A stretch of 25,354 nucleotides of DNA from a virus (lineage: Duplodnaviria > Caudoviricetes). The position numbers and the translations under genes were made by a program. Shown piece after piece: positions 9,152-17,988 of the stretch (position 1 is the first letter of the stretch; each line of letters starts with the position of its first letter). Below the pieces are notes generated by a model that made no database searches, had not been told where the DNA came from, and worked only from the letters and a program-made list of their open reading frames with translations. The stretch spans positions 1-25,354 of IMG/VR virus record IMGVR_UViG_3300011113_000104; one strand, given 5' to 3'.

Positions 9152-10767
9152 TGGCTGAGATAAATCAATCTGTTTTAAAATCTCTATCTATATCTGACTT
9201 ACGAGCACTGTCAGAAGGTAATCTTGAGGCCGTATCTATACCAGCATTAAAGTTACTAGCTGGAGAAGAGTTTGGTACTGGAGAAACCTTAGCTCGTAGT
9301 GCTGAGCGTGGGGCTACTGGATTTATTCGTGGTGGTGCTGATGTACTACGTAAAGCAGGTATTGATGTAGGAGCTACTGAGCAGACTGGGGTTGTGCCAG
9401 AGGGTTATGTTGATCCGCTAACTGGTATGCTTGGTGCTCCAGTATCTCCTGAAACAACTAGCCTTGCTACTCCCGGTCAGCGTCAACTAACAGACTTTGA
9501 ACGAGAGCAAGAGTATAGAGCAATGCTTGAGCAAAGACCAGTAACTGCTATTGGTGGTTACTTAGCTGGTGCTATTGCAGGCGATCCTACAAACTTAGTT
9601 GCTTTTTCAGCTAAGACAGCACTGCAAGGTGCTAAGCAGTTAGGCGCATTAGGTGGCGCTCAAGCAGCTATTGAACCAGTATACGAAGAGTTTGGTGATT
9701 CTCGTCTTCGTAACATAGCCTTTGGTGCAGGAGGTGGTGCTGTCTTTGGTGCTGGCTTTGGCGCACTGGCTGGTAGGTTTGCTCGTAAGGCTGATGAAGC
9801 TGCTGCTAAGATGGAAGGTGATGTACCTGCTGTTACAAAGACCAGAGAAGAGATTGAGGCAGAGCTTCCTCCAATTACTCCAGTAGACCAGCAACCTACA
9901 CTACTGTCACGCTTACCTGATACAGACCAAGCTATAGTAGATAAGGTACTTGCTCGTTATGAGGACGTAGACTTATTACCAAATAAAGCATTTGACGAAG
10001 TAGCTGATGCTTTAGAGTCTACTAATCCACAAGCTGCTGCACTGTTTCGTGGTGCAAAAGAACCGCCAGATACTGTGGCACAGCAACAGGCTGCTCTACT
10101 AAAAGCAGACTTTGACCAGAAAGCTTCAATCAAAAGTGCAAAGGTTACTGACGATGCGTTTGCTGAGTCAAGTTCATACTTAAAAGCAGAGAAGACTGGA
10201 GATTACAGGGACTTCTTAACTGATCCTATTCGTAACTATCCTCTGTCTCCTACTCAGTTTGCTAAGATGATTGCTCCTGAGAACCCATTCAAGGGACAGA
10301 ATCTTAAGACCGCTCTATCAAGAGATGAGAAAATGACTGATGCTTTATCTCAACTTATTGGGCCAACCTTTGGTAGGTTTAACAGAGAGAAAGCAGCAAA
10401 GACTTGGGAGCAGGTAGAGATTAAAGGAGAGTCAGTTCCTTATGAGACTGTTGTCTCTGCATTTGTTAACCGTAAGCAAGAAGAGGTGCTAGGTGCGGAG
10501 CTTACATCCAAGATTTCAAAAGCACTTGCATCAGAATTAAACCAACTTGACCAATTAAAAGATGTAGCTAGGCTAGCTAAAGAGCAGAACAACGAAGAGA
10601 TGTACGCTTACATTGCTCAGAGGTTTGCTACTGTCAATGCCTTATCATCCTCACTTGATGGCAACATCAGTAATCTAGGACGTGCTCTGGCATATACTAA
10701 ACAGGTTAAGAAAATTATAAATTCAAACGGTACGTTACCACCGTATCTTGGAGGACTTAAGTGTTAA
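9151..10767 (+). CDS. Internal virion / DNA ejection protein 3
   Basis: 538 aa with glycine-zipper membrane segments (GGYLAGAIAGDPTNL; AFGAGGGAVFGAGFGALAG). Ends in ...GGLKC. Confidence 0.7.
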   Translation: MAEINQSVLKSLSISDLRALSEGNLEAVSIPALKLLAGEEFGTGETLARSAERGATGFIRGGADVLRKAGIDVGATEQTGVVPEGYVDPLTGMLGAPVSPETTSLATPGQRQLTDFEREQEYRAMLEQRPVTAIGGYLAGAIAGDPTNLVAFSAKTALQGAKQLGALGGAQAAIEPVYEEFGDSRLRNIAFGAGGGAVFGAGFGALAGRFARKADEAAAKMEGDVPAVTKTREEIEAELPPITPVDQQPTLLSRLPDTDQAIVDKVLARYEDVDLLPNKAFDEVADALESTNPQAAALFRGAKEPPDTVAQQQAALLKADFDQKASIKSAKVTDDAFAESSSYLKAEKTGDYRDFLTDPIRNYPLSPTQFAKMIAPENPFKGQNLKTALSRDEKMTDALSQLIGPTFGRFNREKAAKTWEQVEIKGESVPYETVVSAFVNRKQEEVLGAELTSKISKALASELNQLDQLKDVARLAKEQNNEEMYAYIAQRFATVNALSSSLDGNISNLGRALAYTKQVKKIINSNGTLPPYLGGLKC

Positions 10768-12653
10768 AAAACCAAGACGCTTGCAAGAAAGCTATTGATG
10801 CATATTTTGATGGGATTCGTGCAATAGATGGACTAGCTATTGATGAGGGCGCAAAGACAGCAATGAAAGCTAAGGCAACTAAAGAGGTTGCCACATCTCC
10901 CGGCTTTCGTCAGCGTATGTCTGAGATTGTAGTCAACTCATTTATCTCATCTGTTGGAACACCATTAGTAAACTTATACTCTACACTTGTTAAGGCTCCT
11001 TTCCTTATTGCTGAACGTGCATTGCTTGGTCTTATGCCGGGAAACAAAGTTAAACTAGGAGAGACCACTGCTATGATGCGTGGTTTCTTTGATGGTTTAG
11101 CAGAGGGTATTGGCTTTTTAAAAGCTGGATACAGTGAGGGAATGCCTTTAGATAAGACTTTAGTTGATACATCTACAGCGTTTGGCAGATCCGTATCTTC
11201 TGGACCTATTGAAAAAGCTATAGCTCCTATTGTCACAGTGCCTACTAAAGCTGCTGTTGCAGTGGACGAGTTCTCTAAAGCTATCTTCCGTAGGATGCAG
11301 CTTAATGCTAAAGCATATCGCATATCTCGCAGCGTCCCTGAAGGTAAACTTAATGGTAAGACCAGAGATGAACTATACGATTCTATTCGTACTATAGATA
11401 TCTCTGACCCAACCAAGGTAGGAGCTACTCGTGCATGGCAGGAAGAACTAAAGAAGGTATCTCCTGACTTAGCTGACGAGCTTATTAACTTTGCTAAGAT
11501 TCAAACCTTCCAGCAAGATTTAGGTGAGCTTGGCAACATGATGATTCGTGCTAAGACTAAAGTCCCTGAGCTTGTATTCATTGCTCCATTCATTAAGACA
11601 CCTATTAATATTCTAAAGGACGCTCTGTCCTATACTCCAGTTAGTCTTGCAATGAAACAATTCAAAGGCAAGAAGGACGAGGCAGCAGCACGTATGCTGT
11701 TAGGTGCTGGGCTAGGATTGATGACTGCCAAATCTGTAATGGATGGTAACTTAACTGGTAGTTATCCTAAAGATCCGGGACGTAGAGAGGCGATGATTGC
11801 TGCAGGTATTCCTGAATACTCTATGAAGATTGGTGATCGTTGGTATTCTTATTCACGCATTGAGCCTTTGGCTACTGTCTTGGGTATTACTGCTGACGGT
11901 GTGGAGACAATGATTGACTACCTTCGTTTACCAGATCCAGAAAAGAAAGCTGAGAAACTAGCAGTTGATTCAGTACTTGCAATCACAAAGAACCTAACTT
12001 CTAAAACATTCCTTGAAGGTATCACTGGATTCCTACAGGCTGTCCACGATCCTGAGAGATATGGTGGTTCATATATCAATAGCTTTGCAAGCGTATTGGT
12101 TCCGGGTGCTGTAGCTCAGTTTGCCCGTGGTGCAGACCCTGTTATGCGAGAGATCAATAGTTTTAGTGATGCCTTGCAAAACAGACTGCCCGGATTAAGA
12201 ACTACTCTGCCTGTTAAGTATGATATCGTAGGAGAAGCTAGAGAGAATCCTTCATATGGGTTGATGGGTACATTTGGTATTGCTACTAAAGAAGCAGCAC
12301 AAACACCATTACAGAAAGCCATTGATGATGTTGGCTTTACATATACTAAACCAGAGAAGAAGATTCGTGGTGTAGAACTAGATGCTTCTACTTATGAGAA
12401 ATACGCTAAGACATCAGGACAACTGATTAATGAATTACTAACACCAATAGTTGAAAGTCCTGAGTTTAATAACTATACCAAAGAACAAAAAAGATTTATC
12501 ATGAAACGAGTAGCAGAGCGTGGTAGATTAGCCGCTACTAACATTATGTTTGGTGAGAAGATGTCTTCAGATCCTGAGTTCGCTACTGAGTTCCGCAGAC
12601 AAGTCTTGAAGAAACGAGGAGTAAGGGCAACCGAAGAAGACTTGGAGGATTAA
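10761..12653 (+). CDS. Internal virion / DNA ejection protein 4 (large polyvalent protein, LPD38-like C-terminus)
   Basis: GTG start with SD GGAGG at 10750-10754. Motifs 'PFIKTPINI', 'WYSYSRIEPLATVLG' and 'NLTSKTFLEGI' are typical of large podovirus core proteins. Confidence 0.7.
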   Translation: MLKNQDACKKAIDAYFDGIRAIDGLAIDEGAKTAMKAKATKEVATSPGFRQRMSEIVVNSFISSVGTPLVNLYSTLVKAPFLIAERALLGLMPGNKVKLGETTAMMRGFFDGLAEGIGFLKAGYSEGMPLDKTLVDTSTAFGRSVSSGPIEKAIAPIVTVPTKAAVAVDEFSKAIFRRMQLNAKAYRISRSVPEGKLNGKTRDELYDSIRTIDISDPTKVGATRAWQEELKKVSPDLADELINFAKIQTFQQDLGELGNMMIRAKTKVPELVFIAPFIKTPINILKDALSYTPVSLAMKQFKGKKDEAAARMLLGAGLGLMTAKSVMDGNLTGSYPKDPGRREAMIAAGIPEYSMKIGDRWYSYSRIEPLATVLGITADGVETMIDYLRLPDPEKKAEKLAVDSVLAITKNLTSKTFLEGITGFLQAVHDPERYGGSYINSFASVLVPGAVAQFARGADPVMREINSFSDALQNRLPGLRTTLPVKYDIVGEARENPSYGLMGTFGIATKEAAQTPLQKAIDDVGFTYTKPEKKIRGVELDASTYEKYAKTSGQLINELLTPIVESPEFNNYTKEQKRFIMKRVAERGRLAATNIMFGEKMSSDPEFATEFRRQVLKKRGVRATEEDLED

Positions 12654-12654
12654 T

Positions 12655-13092
12655 ATGAGCGAAGTTACTGGGGCTGCAAAAGCAGCAGTAGCTGGTATTC
12701 GTGAAGCGTTAGCAGTAGGTAAAGAACTAGAGTCAGTTACCAAAGACATACAAGAACTAGGTAAAGCTGACCTTCAGGCCAGAGCATCATTCAGACGTAA
12801 ACAAAAACAAAGACCATCAGATACCTCTGTCTTCTCAGCGGTAGAAGAATGGCGTGGGGTCTACGAGATTAAGAAGATAGAAGAAGAACTAAAACAAGAC
12901 ATCATATCTAAGCACGGTGAAGCTGCTTGGGAGGAGGTCTTAGTAATTAAGGACAGAATCCTGAGAGATAACAAGGATCTGACTGACGAGTATGGCAGAG
13001 ACCTTCACAAGCTAGCCATGCTCAAGTGGTACTGCTTCATAACTGCTTTCGTATTGGTTAGCTTTTTCTACGTACTTGGATACAAACCTTAA
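12655..13092 (+). CDS. Coiled-coil protein with C-terminal TM helix, lysis-cassette associated
   Basis: SD GGAGG; C-terminal 'WYCFITAFVLVSFFYVLGY' TM segment; directly upstream of the holin. Confidence 0.65.
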   Translation: MSEVTGAAKAAVAGIREALAVGKELESVTKDIQELGKADLQARASFRRKQKQRPSDTSVFSAVEEWRGVYEIKKIEEELKQDIISKHGEAAWEEVLVIKDRILRDNKDLTDEYGRDLHKLAMLKWYCFITAFVLVSFFYVLGYKP

Positions 13093-13101
13093 GGACTGTC
13101 T

Positions 13102-13587
13102 ATGATTACCCTATTTTCTACCCTTGTCTCCTTCTTGGCTGGTGGTCTGCCTAAGTTCCTAGACTTTTTCCAAGATAAGTCTGATAAAAAACACGAATTA
13201 GAGCTAGCCAAATTGCAGATGGCTAGGGAATTGGAGATGGCAGAGAAAGGGTTCCTAGCTCAGGCTAGGGTGGAGGAGATTAGGACTGACCAAATTGCAA
13301 TGCAGACTGCAGTTCAGGAGAAGGAAGCCCTCTATGCCCACGATATAGCCATAGGGCAGGGAGCTAGCAAGTGGGTCATAAACCTGAGAGCCAGCGTTAG
13401 GCCAGTCATTACCTACGGTATGTTCTTAATGCTGGTGATGGTCAATGTGTTTGGGTTCTTCTACGCTTGGAAGCAGAATGTTCCATTTGATCAAGCTCTG
13501 AACCTGCTCTGGGATGAGGACTCAGCCATCATCTTCTCGTCTATCATAGCATTCTGGTTTGGGTCACAGACATTCAATAAGAAATGA
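13102..13587 (+). CDS. Holin (3TM, GTA-holin-like)
   Basis: 'LRASVRPVITY' and 'IIAFWFGS' motifs, three hydrophobic segments, and an ATGA-type overlap region with the lysozyme start. Confidence 0.75.
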   Translation: MITLFSTLVSFLAGGLPKFLDFFQDKSDKKHELELAKLQMARELEMAEKGFLAQARVEEIRTDQIAMQTAVQEKEALYAHDIAIGQGASKWVINLRASVRPVITYGMFLMLVMVNVFGFFYAWKQNVPFDQALNLLWDEDSAIIFSSIIAFWFGSQTFNKK

Positions 13588-14075
13588 AAGTATCCAAAGA
13601 ATGCATCGAGATGATAAAGCACCACGAAGGGGTAAGGACACGCAGCTACAGATGTCCAGCTCTGTTGTGGACCACGGGGGTTGGTCATGTCATAGACCCC
13701 AACCATATCAGGGTTCCTTTTGAGGAGCGTAAAAACCTCGCAATACCCAGTGGGTGGGATAGAACTCTGTCTATGGCAGAGGTTGATGACATACTTGCTA
13801 AGGATCTCCTCACGTTTGAGAGAGGTGTACTACGACTGTGTCCTACTAATCTTACTCAGTCTAGGTTTGATGCACTCGTCAGCTTTAGTTTTAATGTGGG
13901 ACTGGGTAACCTCCAGCGTAGCACAATAAGACAGAAGCATAACAGGGGTGAGTTTGAAGGGGCTGCAGAAGCTTTCATGCAGTGGACGAAAGCTGGAGGA
14001 AAAGTCCTTCCCGGCCTTGTTAAGCGCAGGAAGGATGAAAGCACACTCTATTTAAAAGTTGATAAGAATCCGTAG
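13584..14075 (+). CDS. Endolysin, GH24 phage lysozyme
   Basis: 'IKHHEG...YRCPALLWTTGVGH' (E-X8-C-X5-T triad), 'FDALVSFSFNVG' and 'GKVLPGLVKRR.E'. Confidence 0.92.
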   Translation: MKVSKECIEMIKHHEGVRTRSYRCPALLWTTGVGHVIDPNHIRVPFEERKNLAIPSGWDRTLSMAEVDDILAKDLLTFERGVLRLCPTNLTQSRFDALVSFSFNVGLGNLQRSTIRQKHNRGEFEGAAEAFMQWTKAGGKVLPGLVKRRKDESTLYLKVDKNP

Positions 14076-14177
14076 GAACGCAAAGTCTACTACAATATAT
14101 CGTTCTTCATCATCTACAACTTCTACATACTCAAAACCAAACATCAATCCAGATATAATACATAGGTCTATATTCAT
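14052..14177 (-). CDS. 41-aa hypothetical protein, last gene of the minus-strand arm
   Basis: Not in the ORF track. ATG 1 nt after the RNR stop; MNIDLCIISGLMFGFEYVEVVDDEERYIVVDFAFLRILINF; overlaps the lysozyme 3' end by 24 nt. Confidence 0.6.
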   Translation of the reverse strand: MNIDLCIISGLMFGFEYVEVVDDEERYIVVDFAFLRILINF

Positions 14178-14178
14178 A

Positions 14179-16068
14179 TCAAATCTCACAGTGACCTGCG
14201 ACACACGCTAATGTCTGTGCGCCTTCGACATTGTCATCTTCTTCCTTGAGGTTCTCCCACACAATATCTGTAGGCATCTTAGATAGAAGCTCTTCATACT
14301 GCTCTTTAGTACACTCCTCATAAGGAGCTTGTCGATAAGAACCACCATCCCAAGGTAGGAATGAGATACCACTAAGCTCATCGAAGTTCCTCCATACCCA
14401 CGCTCCTACGTCCATCCACTCATCTTCCTTGACAGAGATAGTCACTGAAGGCTTGTGCTCACACCAGTGACGCTGGTACATCAACCACAGGTCAAGGTGT
14501 TGCATAGCTGTTAGGTCATCACGAGTACGAGAAGACTCTGGTGCTTTCACTGGGAAAGAAAACACAGCAGTGCTATCAGGTCTCATGACACAGTCCTCTG
14601 TAGGAATACCAGAGTCTGTGAGGAACTTGGTCAGCGGGTCTTTCTTGTCACCACGAACACGGCGAATATAATAGTTACTATGTCGAGTATGAATACCAGA
14701 GGCAGAATTAACAAGTTGAGAAACAGTGCCGCTAGGTTTGACACAAGTAATCGCAGCAGACACAGGGATTCCCAAGCGAGTTGCAAACTCATTGTTGGTA
14801 TTAACTGAGACCTCCCGTAAGTATTCAAGAGACTGCGTAGTGCTTTCACATACCCTCCCCATCCAAGGATTATCTAAGATACCAGTTAATGATACACCAA
14901 GTAAACGCTCATCCTCAGTGTTCTTTTGCCACACCTTACGCAGGTATGGGAAGTGCGTCAGAGTGCTCTGGAACGTGCCTAAGATTGTAGCAACCCTAAC
15001 CTTCTTAGCTATGTCAGCTACAGTGTCCTCTGCGCGTACTACTACTTCAGTCAGGTTACAGAACTGATAAGGGCGCAGGATAATCTCTGAGCATGGGTTC
15101 GTACCAAAGTCATAGCTAGCATCTCTGCGTCCGTTCTTCTCAGCCTGAGTCTTGCTTGCCTCTCGTGAGAAGATACCCCGCTCACCTGAGTGACTGTTGT
15201 ACAGGCTAGTCCACTCTGCAAGGAACTGACCAATATCAGGCTTCGAGGTATAGGCTGCAGAGTTATTAGCCAATGCTCTCTGACTGTTATGCTCCCACCA
15301 GCTACCAGACTTACAGGAACGCATACGGTCATCCTCAAGGTCCGACAAAGAAATCATTGCGCTTCGTCTAACTCCACCCACAACAACAACTTCCCCGATC
15401 TTGCAGAGAAGATCATGACATTCGATTGATGTGAGTTTGCGGCCAGCTGCTCCTCTAAATTTGTTGGTAGTAAACTTAAAAAGCTCGTCCAAAGGTCCGG
15501 GTCCAGAAGCCCTTCCTCCGAAAGTTTTAAGCCTAGCTCCGGCAGGTCTAATTTTGGATAGGTCATACCTTGCCACTTCCCCAGAGTATAGAAGAGCGAT
15601 GAGTTGGCGAAGAGCCTTTGCCCATCCTTCTTTACTGTCCGCAACCACAATAGTAGTCTGACTATCAAACAACTGGTCTGGGACTTCAGGTAACTGATCA
15701 ACATACTTATGCTCCACAGAAAAGCCTACGCCTGTGCCACAGAGTAGGATGTACATCGCCTCATCGAATGCTTTAGGGTCATCGATAGGTAGATAGCTAC
15801 AGTTGTAGCCAGCAGTGTTGTCACGATCCAGTGCCTTACCTGCTGTCATGATAGCCCTCATAGATGGCATAACATCTAGGTTCTTGACAGCGTTGACAAG
15901 CTCTGCTCGTAGCTCAGCATCAGGTGAGAACTTATACTTCTCATCCAGATGATTAAACATAAAATTAAAGTAGCGGTCTACTGATTCATCCCAGTGCTCA
16001 CGCCGATTCTTCTCAGGTAGAAACCTGCTGTAACGACTCTTTGCAATAAACTGCTGATAGTAATCCAT
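14179..16068 (-). CDS. nrdJ: Class II (adenosylcobalamin-dependent) ribonucleotide reductase
   Basis: GYNCSY, VVVGGVRRSA, TNPCSEI, KPSGTVSQL and EHKPSVT motifs, and a C-terminal redox pair CVAGHC; no beta-subunit gene is adjacent. Confidence 0.93.
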   Translation of the reverse strand: MDYYQQFIAKSRYSRFLPEKNRREHWDESVDRYFNFMFNHLDEKYKFSPDAELRAELVNAVKNLDVMPSMRAIMTAGKALDRDNTAGYNCSYLPIDDPKAFDEAMYILLCGTGVGFSVEHKYVDQLPEVPDQLFDSQTTIVVADSKEGWAKALRQLIALLYSGEVARYDLSKIRPAGARLKTFGGRASGPGPLDELFKFTTNKFRGAAGRKLTSIECHDLLCKIGEVVVVGGVRRSAMISLSDLEDDRMRSCKSGSWWEHNSQRALANNSAAYTSKPDIGQFLAEWTSLYNSHSGERGIFSREASKTQAEKNGRRDASYDFGTNPCSEIILRPYQFCNLTEVVVRAEDTVADIAKKVRVATILGTFQSTLTHFPYLRKVWQKNTEDERLLGVSLTGILDNPWMGRVCESTTQSLEYLREVSVNTNNEFATRLGIPVSAAITCVKPSGTVSQLVNSASGIHTRHSNYYIRRVRGDKKDPLTKFLTDSGIPTEDCVMRPDSTAVFSFPVKAPESSRTRDDLTAMQHLDLWLMYQRHWCEHKPSVTISVKEDEWMDVGAWVWRNFDELSGISFLPWDGGSYRQAPYEECTKEQYEELLSKMPTDIVWENLKEEDDNVEGAQTLACVAGHCEI

Positions 16069-16071
16069 ATA

Positions 16072-16236
16072 TTATTCTTCCCAGTTAACTAAGTTTTGTA
16101 ATCTGTCTGCTTGGTCTTCTATTATATCTTCAAATCTTTCTACTATATCCTCAGACCTTAACGCTAGTTCTTCAACTAATGTTATCTCATCCCACCTCTT
16201 CAGTCTTTCCTTGATCTCTTCTAATGTTAGGGTCAT
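16072..16236 (-). CDS. 54-aa acidic helical hypothetical protein
   Basis: Not in the ORF track. MTLTLEEIKERLKRWDEITLVEELALRSEDIVERFEDIIEDQADRLQNLVNWEE fills the gap between DUF3310 and nrdJ. Confidence 0.7.
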   Translation of the reverse strand: MTLTLEEIKERLKRWDEITLVEELALRSEDIVERFEDIIEDQADRLQNLVNWEE

Positions 16237-16238
16237 AT

Positions 16239-16267
16239 ATTATATCACACCTTGTAATACTTGTCAC
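16239..16267 (-). promoter_or_regulatory. Sigma70 promoter upstream of nrdJ
   Basis: On the minus strand: GTGACA, 17-nt spacer, TATAAT, with an extended -10 TG. Confidence 0.6.
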
Positions 16268-16595
16268 CAACTTTATCATAATTTTCTATTAAGAACTCAA
16301 GATAATGCTTGGCCTTCTCAAGGTCTTGCTTGCCTGCCTTCTTACGATGACGAGCTACATACTTAATTACATTACACGCCCAAGGGTCTAAGCCCCAATA
16401 TAGGAACACATCCCAAGGCTCGATGTTAGACTTGTAATGATCGCCTCCAATCTGCTTAGACTTGATGTAGTCACCTAGTGTCTTGACATCTACACTGGTA
16501 GCCCTATCAAATGCTTGGTCTACATTGTGTAAGTTGATTGGTTCAAGTTGCTGTACCCTGTACCAGTCTGAAGGTGTTGCGTTATCAATGCTCAT
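16245..16595 (-). CDS. DUF3310 (SaV-like) domain protein
   Basis: 'KQIGGDHYK', 'NVIKYVARH.KK.GKQDLEKAKHYLE'. Confidence 0.85.
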   Translation of the reverse strand: MSIDNATPSDWYRVQQLEPINLHNVDQAFDRATSVDVKTLGDYIKSKQIGGDHYKSNIEPWDVFLYWGLDPWACNVIKYVARHRKKAGKQDLEKAKHYLEFLIENYDKVGDKYYKV

Positions 16596-17352
16596 ACTTC
16601 TTCCTTAAGTAGTTAAGACTAACTGGCATCTCATCGAAGCTACCATTGTTGACCTCGTGCAGCATCCAGATACCACGCCAGTACTTGTTACCTTGGCTAC
16701 CTAGATAGTCCTCGTCATGCAGGTAGCAACAGCCACTAAACAAACCAGTAATCTGTGAACCATCAGCACGATTAGCATAAGCTATCTGTCTATTCTGTAC
16801 ATGGCCCATCACTGCAGACATATGCTTCTTAGACAGCAGAGCAGCAGCAGAAGTTACAGCACGCCCCATAACGCCAGAAGTAAAATAATGAGCATACACA
16901 ACACCATCAATGACAATAGGTTCAAGGTACGGTATAACTTCCCAACCACAATGTTCGTAGTTAAGGTCGCTGAGACCAATAGTTCCATCCAGTTTAGGGT
17001 CTCCTTCGATAGCTCTGGAAATTCTTTCTTCATGATTTCCAAGAGTGAGTACCATTCTTGGTTTGTATTGTTTCTCCTTGTTCCGCTTTGCTCGTTCATT
17101 GTATTCCTTGATTGGTGCTAGCAACATCTCCATTGCTTTGTTAGTAACATCGATGTCAGTCTTGTAGCGTCTGCCTTCAAAACACTTACGGCCTACATCG
17201 TAGCTCGACAGGCTAGGCATATCAGCAAAGTCACCAATCTGTACAATAACATCAGGCTTCTTCTCTGCAAGGTACTTACCTACCCATGTCAGGTAACTAA
17301 GATCAACACCGTCCTTAACTTGGCAGTCAGGGATTATGGCATGAACAGTCAT
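16585..17352 (-). CDS. Calcineurin-like metallophosphoesterase
   Basis: DxQ (IIPDCQ), GDFAD, LGNHE, H and GHxQ metal-binding motifs in canonical order. Confidence 0.87.
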   Translation of the reverse strand: MTVHAIIPDCQVKDGVDLSYLTWVGKYLAEKKPDVIVQIGDFADMPSLSSYDVGRKCFEGRRYKTDIDVTNKAMEMLLAPIKEYNERAKRNKEKQYKPRMVLTLGNHEERISRAIEGDPKLDGTIGLSDLNYEHCGWEVIPYLEPIVIDGVVYAHYFTSGVMGRAVTSAAALLSKKHMSAVMGHVQNRQIAYANRADGSQITGLFSGCCYLHDEDYLGSQGNKYWRGIWMLHEVNNGSFDEMPVSLNYLRKKYEH

Positions 17353-17654
17353 TGTGCGTCCTTGTCTTCGTTGTCTAGTGGTTCTACTTTAGCAGTGGCG
17401 ATGTACTGCTCTGGGCCAATTGTCTCAAACAAACCATCAGTCTCCATGCCATATGGGTCTTTGATTACAACACGCTCCATGACTCCACTGTAACCAGAGG
17501 TCTCTAAGAACTTACAGAATTCATAGAGTATCTTAGGCCATGCAACGAAGTCTGCAAAGTAGTGACGAACCTTGACAGTTGAAGCCTCTGGGTATTCTGT
17601 AGGCTCTCCTTCCTGAAACTCAGAATCATAAATGAATCGATAAACTTTACTCAT
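17349..17654 (-). CDS. Hypothetical protein
   Basis: 101-aa ORF overlapping its neighbours by a few nt; SD AAGGAG. Confidence 0.7.
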   Translation of the reverse strand: MSKVYRFIYDSEFQEGEPTEYPEASTVKVRHYFADFVAWPKILYEFCKFLETSGYSGVMERVVIKDPYGMETDGLFETIGPEQYIATAKVEPLDNEDKDAQ

Positions 17655-17988
17655 ACTTACTCCTTAATAGATTAAAGAAATACTCTGCGTCTACCACAGC
17701 CAAGGGCTTATCTCTGTTTTGTTTGATGATGCAAACAGGCTCGTATCCTCCTGCGTTTCCTCTGGCTTGTTCGTAATAACCGTATACTGAGATAGCTGCT
17801 CTGGACTTGCATTCCAAACTAATTGGCAAGACCCGTCTGGCTGCTGGACTGAGTAGCAAATCCTCCCCGGAGACGCCCATACTAACTGAGCGAACATCGT
17901 CTGCCTCCAGATTGAACTTGGCTAGTATTAGATCTCTTACCCACTTTTGCAGGTGTCTTCCTTTGGACTTGGCGCTGCTCGGTTTCAA
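17647..17988 (-). CDS. Holliday junction resolvase-like PD-(D/E)XK nuclease
   Basis: 'SAKSKGR.LQ', 'GED' and 'SLECK' motifs; TTG start with an AAGGA SD. Confidence 0.72.
   Translation of the reverse strand: MKPSSAKSKGRHLQKWVRDLILAKFNLEADDVRSVSMGVSGEDLLLSPAARRVLPISLECKSRAAISVYGYYEQARGNAGGYEPVCIIKQNRDKPLAVVDAEYFFNLLRSKYE

Noticed and set aside
10750-10775. Programmed -1 frameshift fusing ORFs 9151-10767 and 10761-12653 (A-run at 10766-10771)
   Set aside because: The A-run lies at and after the first ORF's stop. The second frame has a TAA at 10758-10760, leaving no slippery window, and the GTG has its own SD.
13720-13929. Nested ORF in the lysozyme as an Rz1-like spanin
   Set aside because: No signal peptide or lipobox, and no convincing SD.
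802-14044. Minus-strand ORFs within the late arm (e.g. 802-1164, 4929-5135, 10910-11416)
   Set aside because: Antisense shadows of well-supported + strand genes, with no motifs or SDs.
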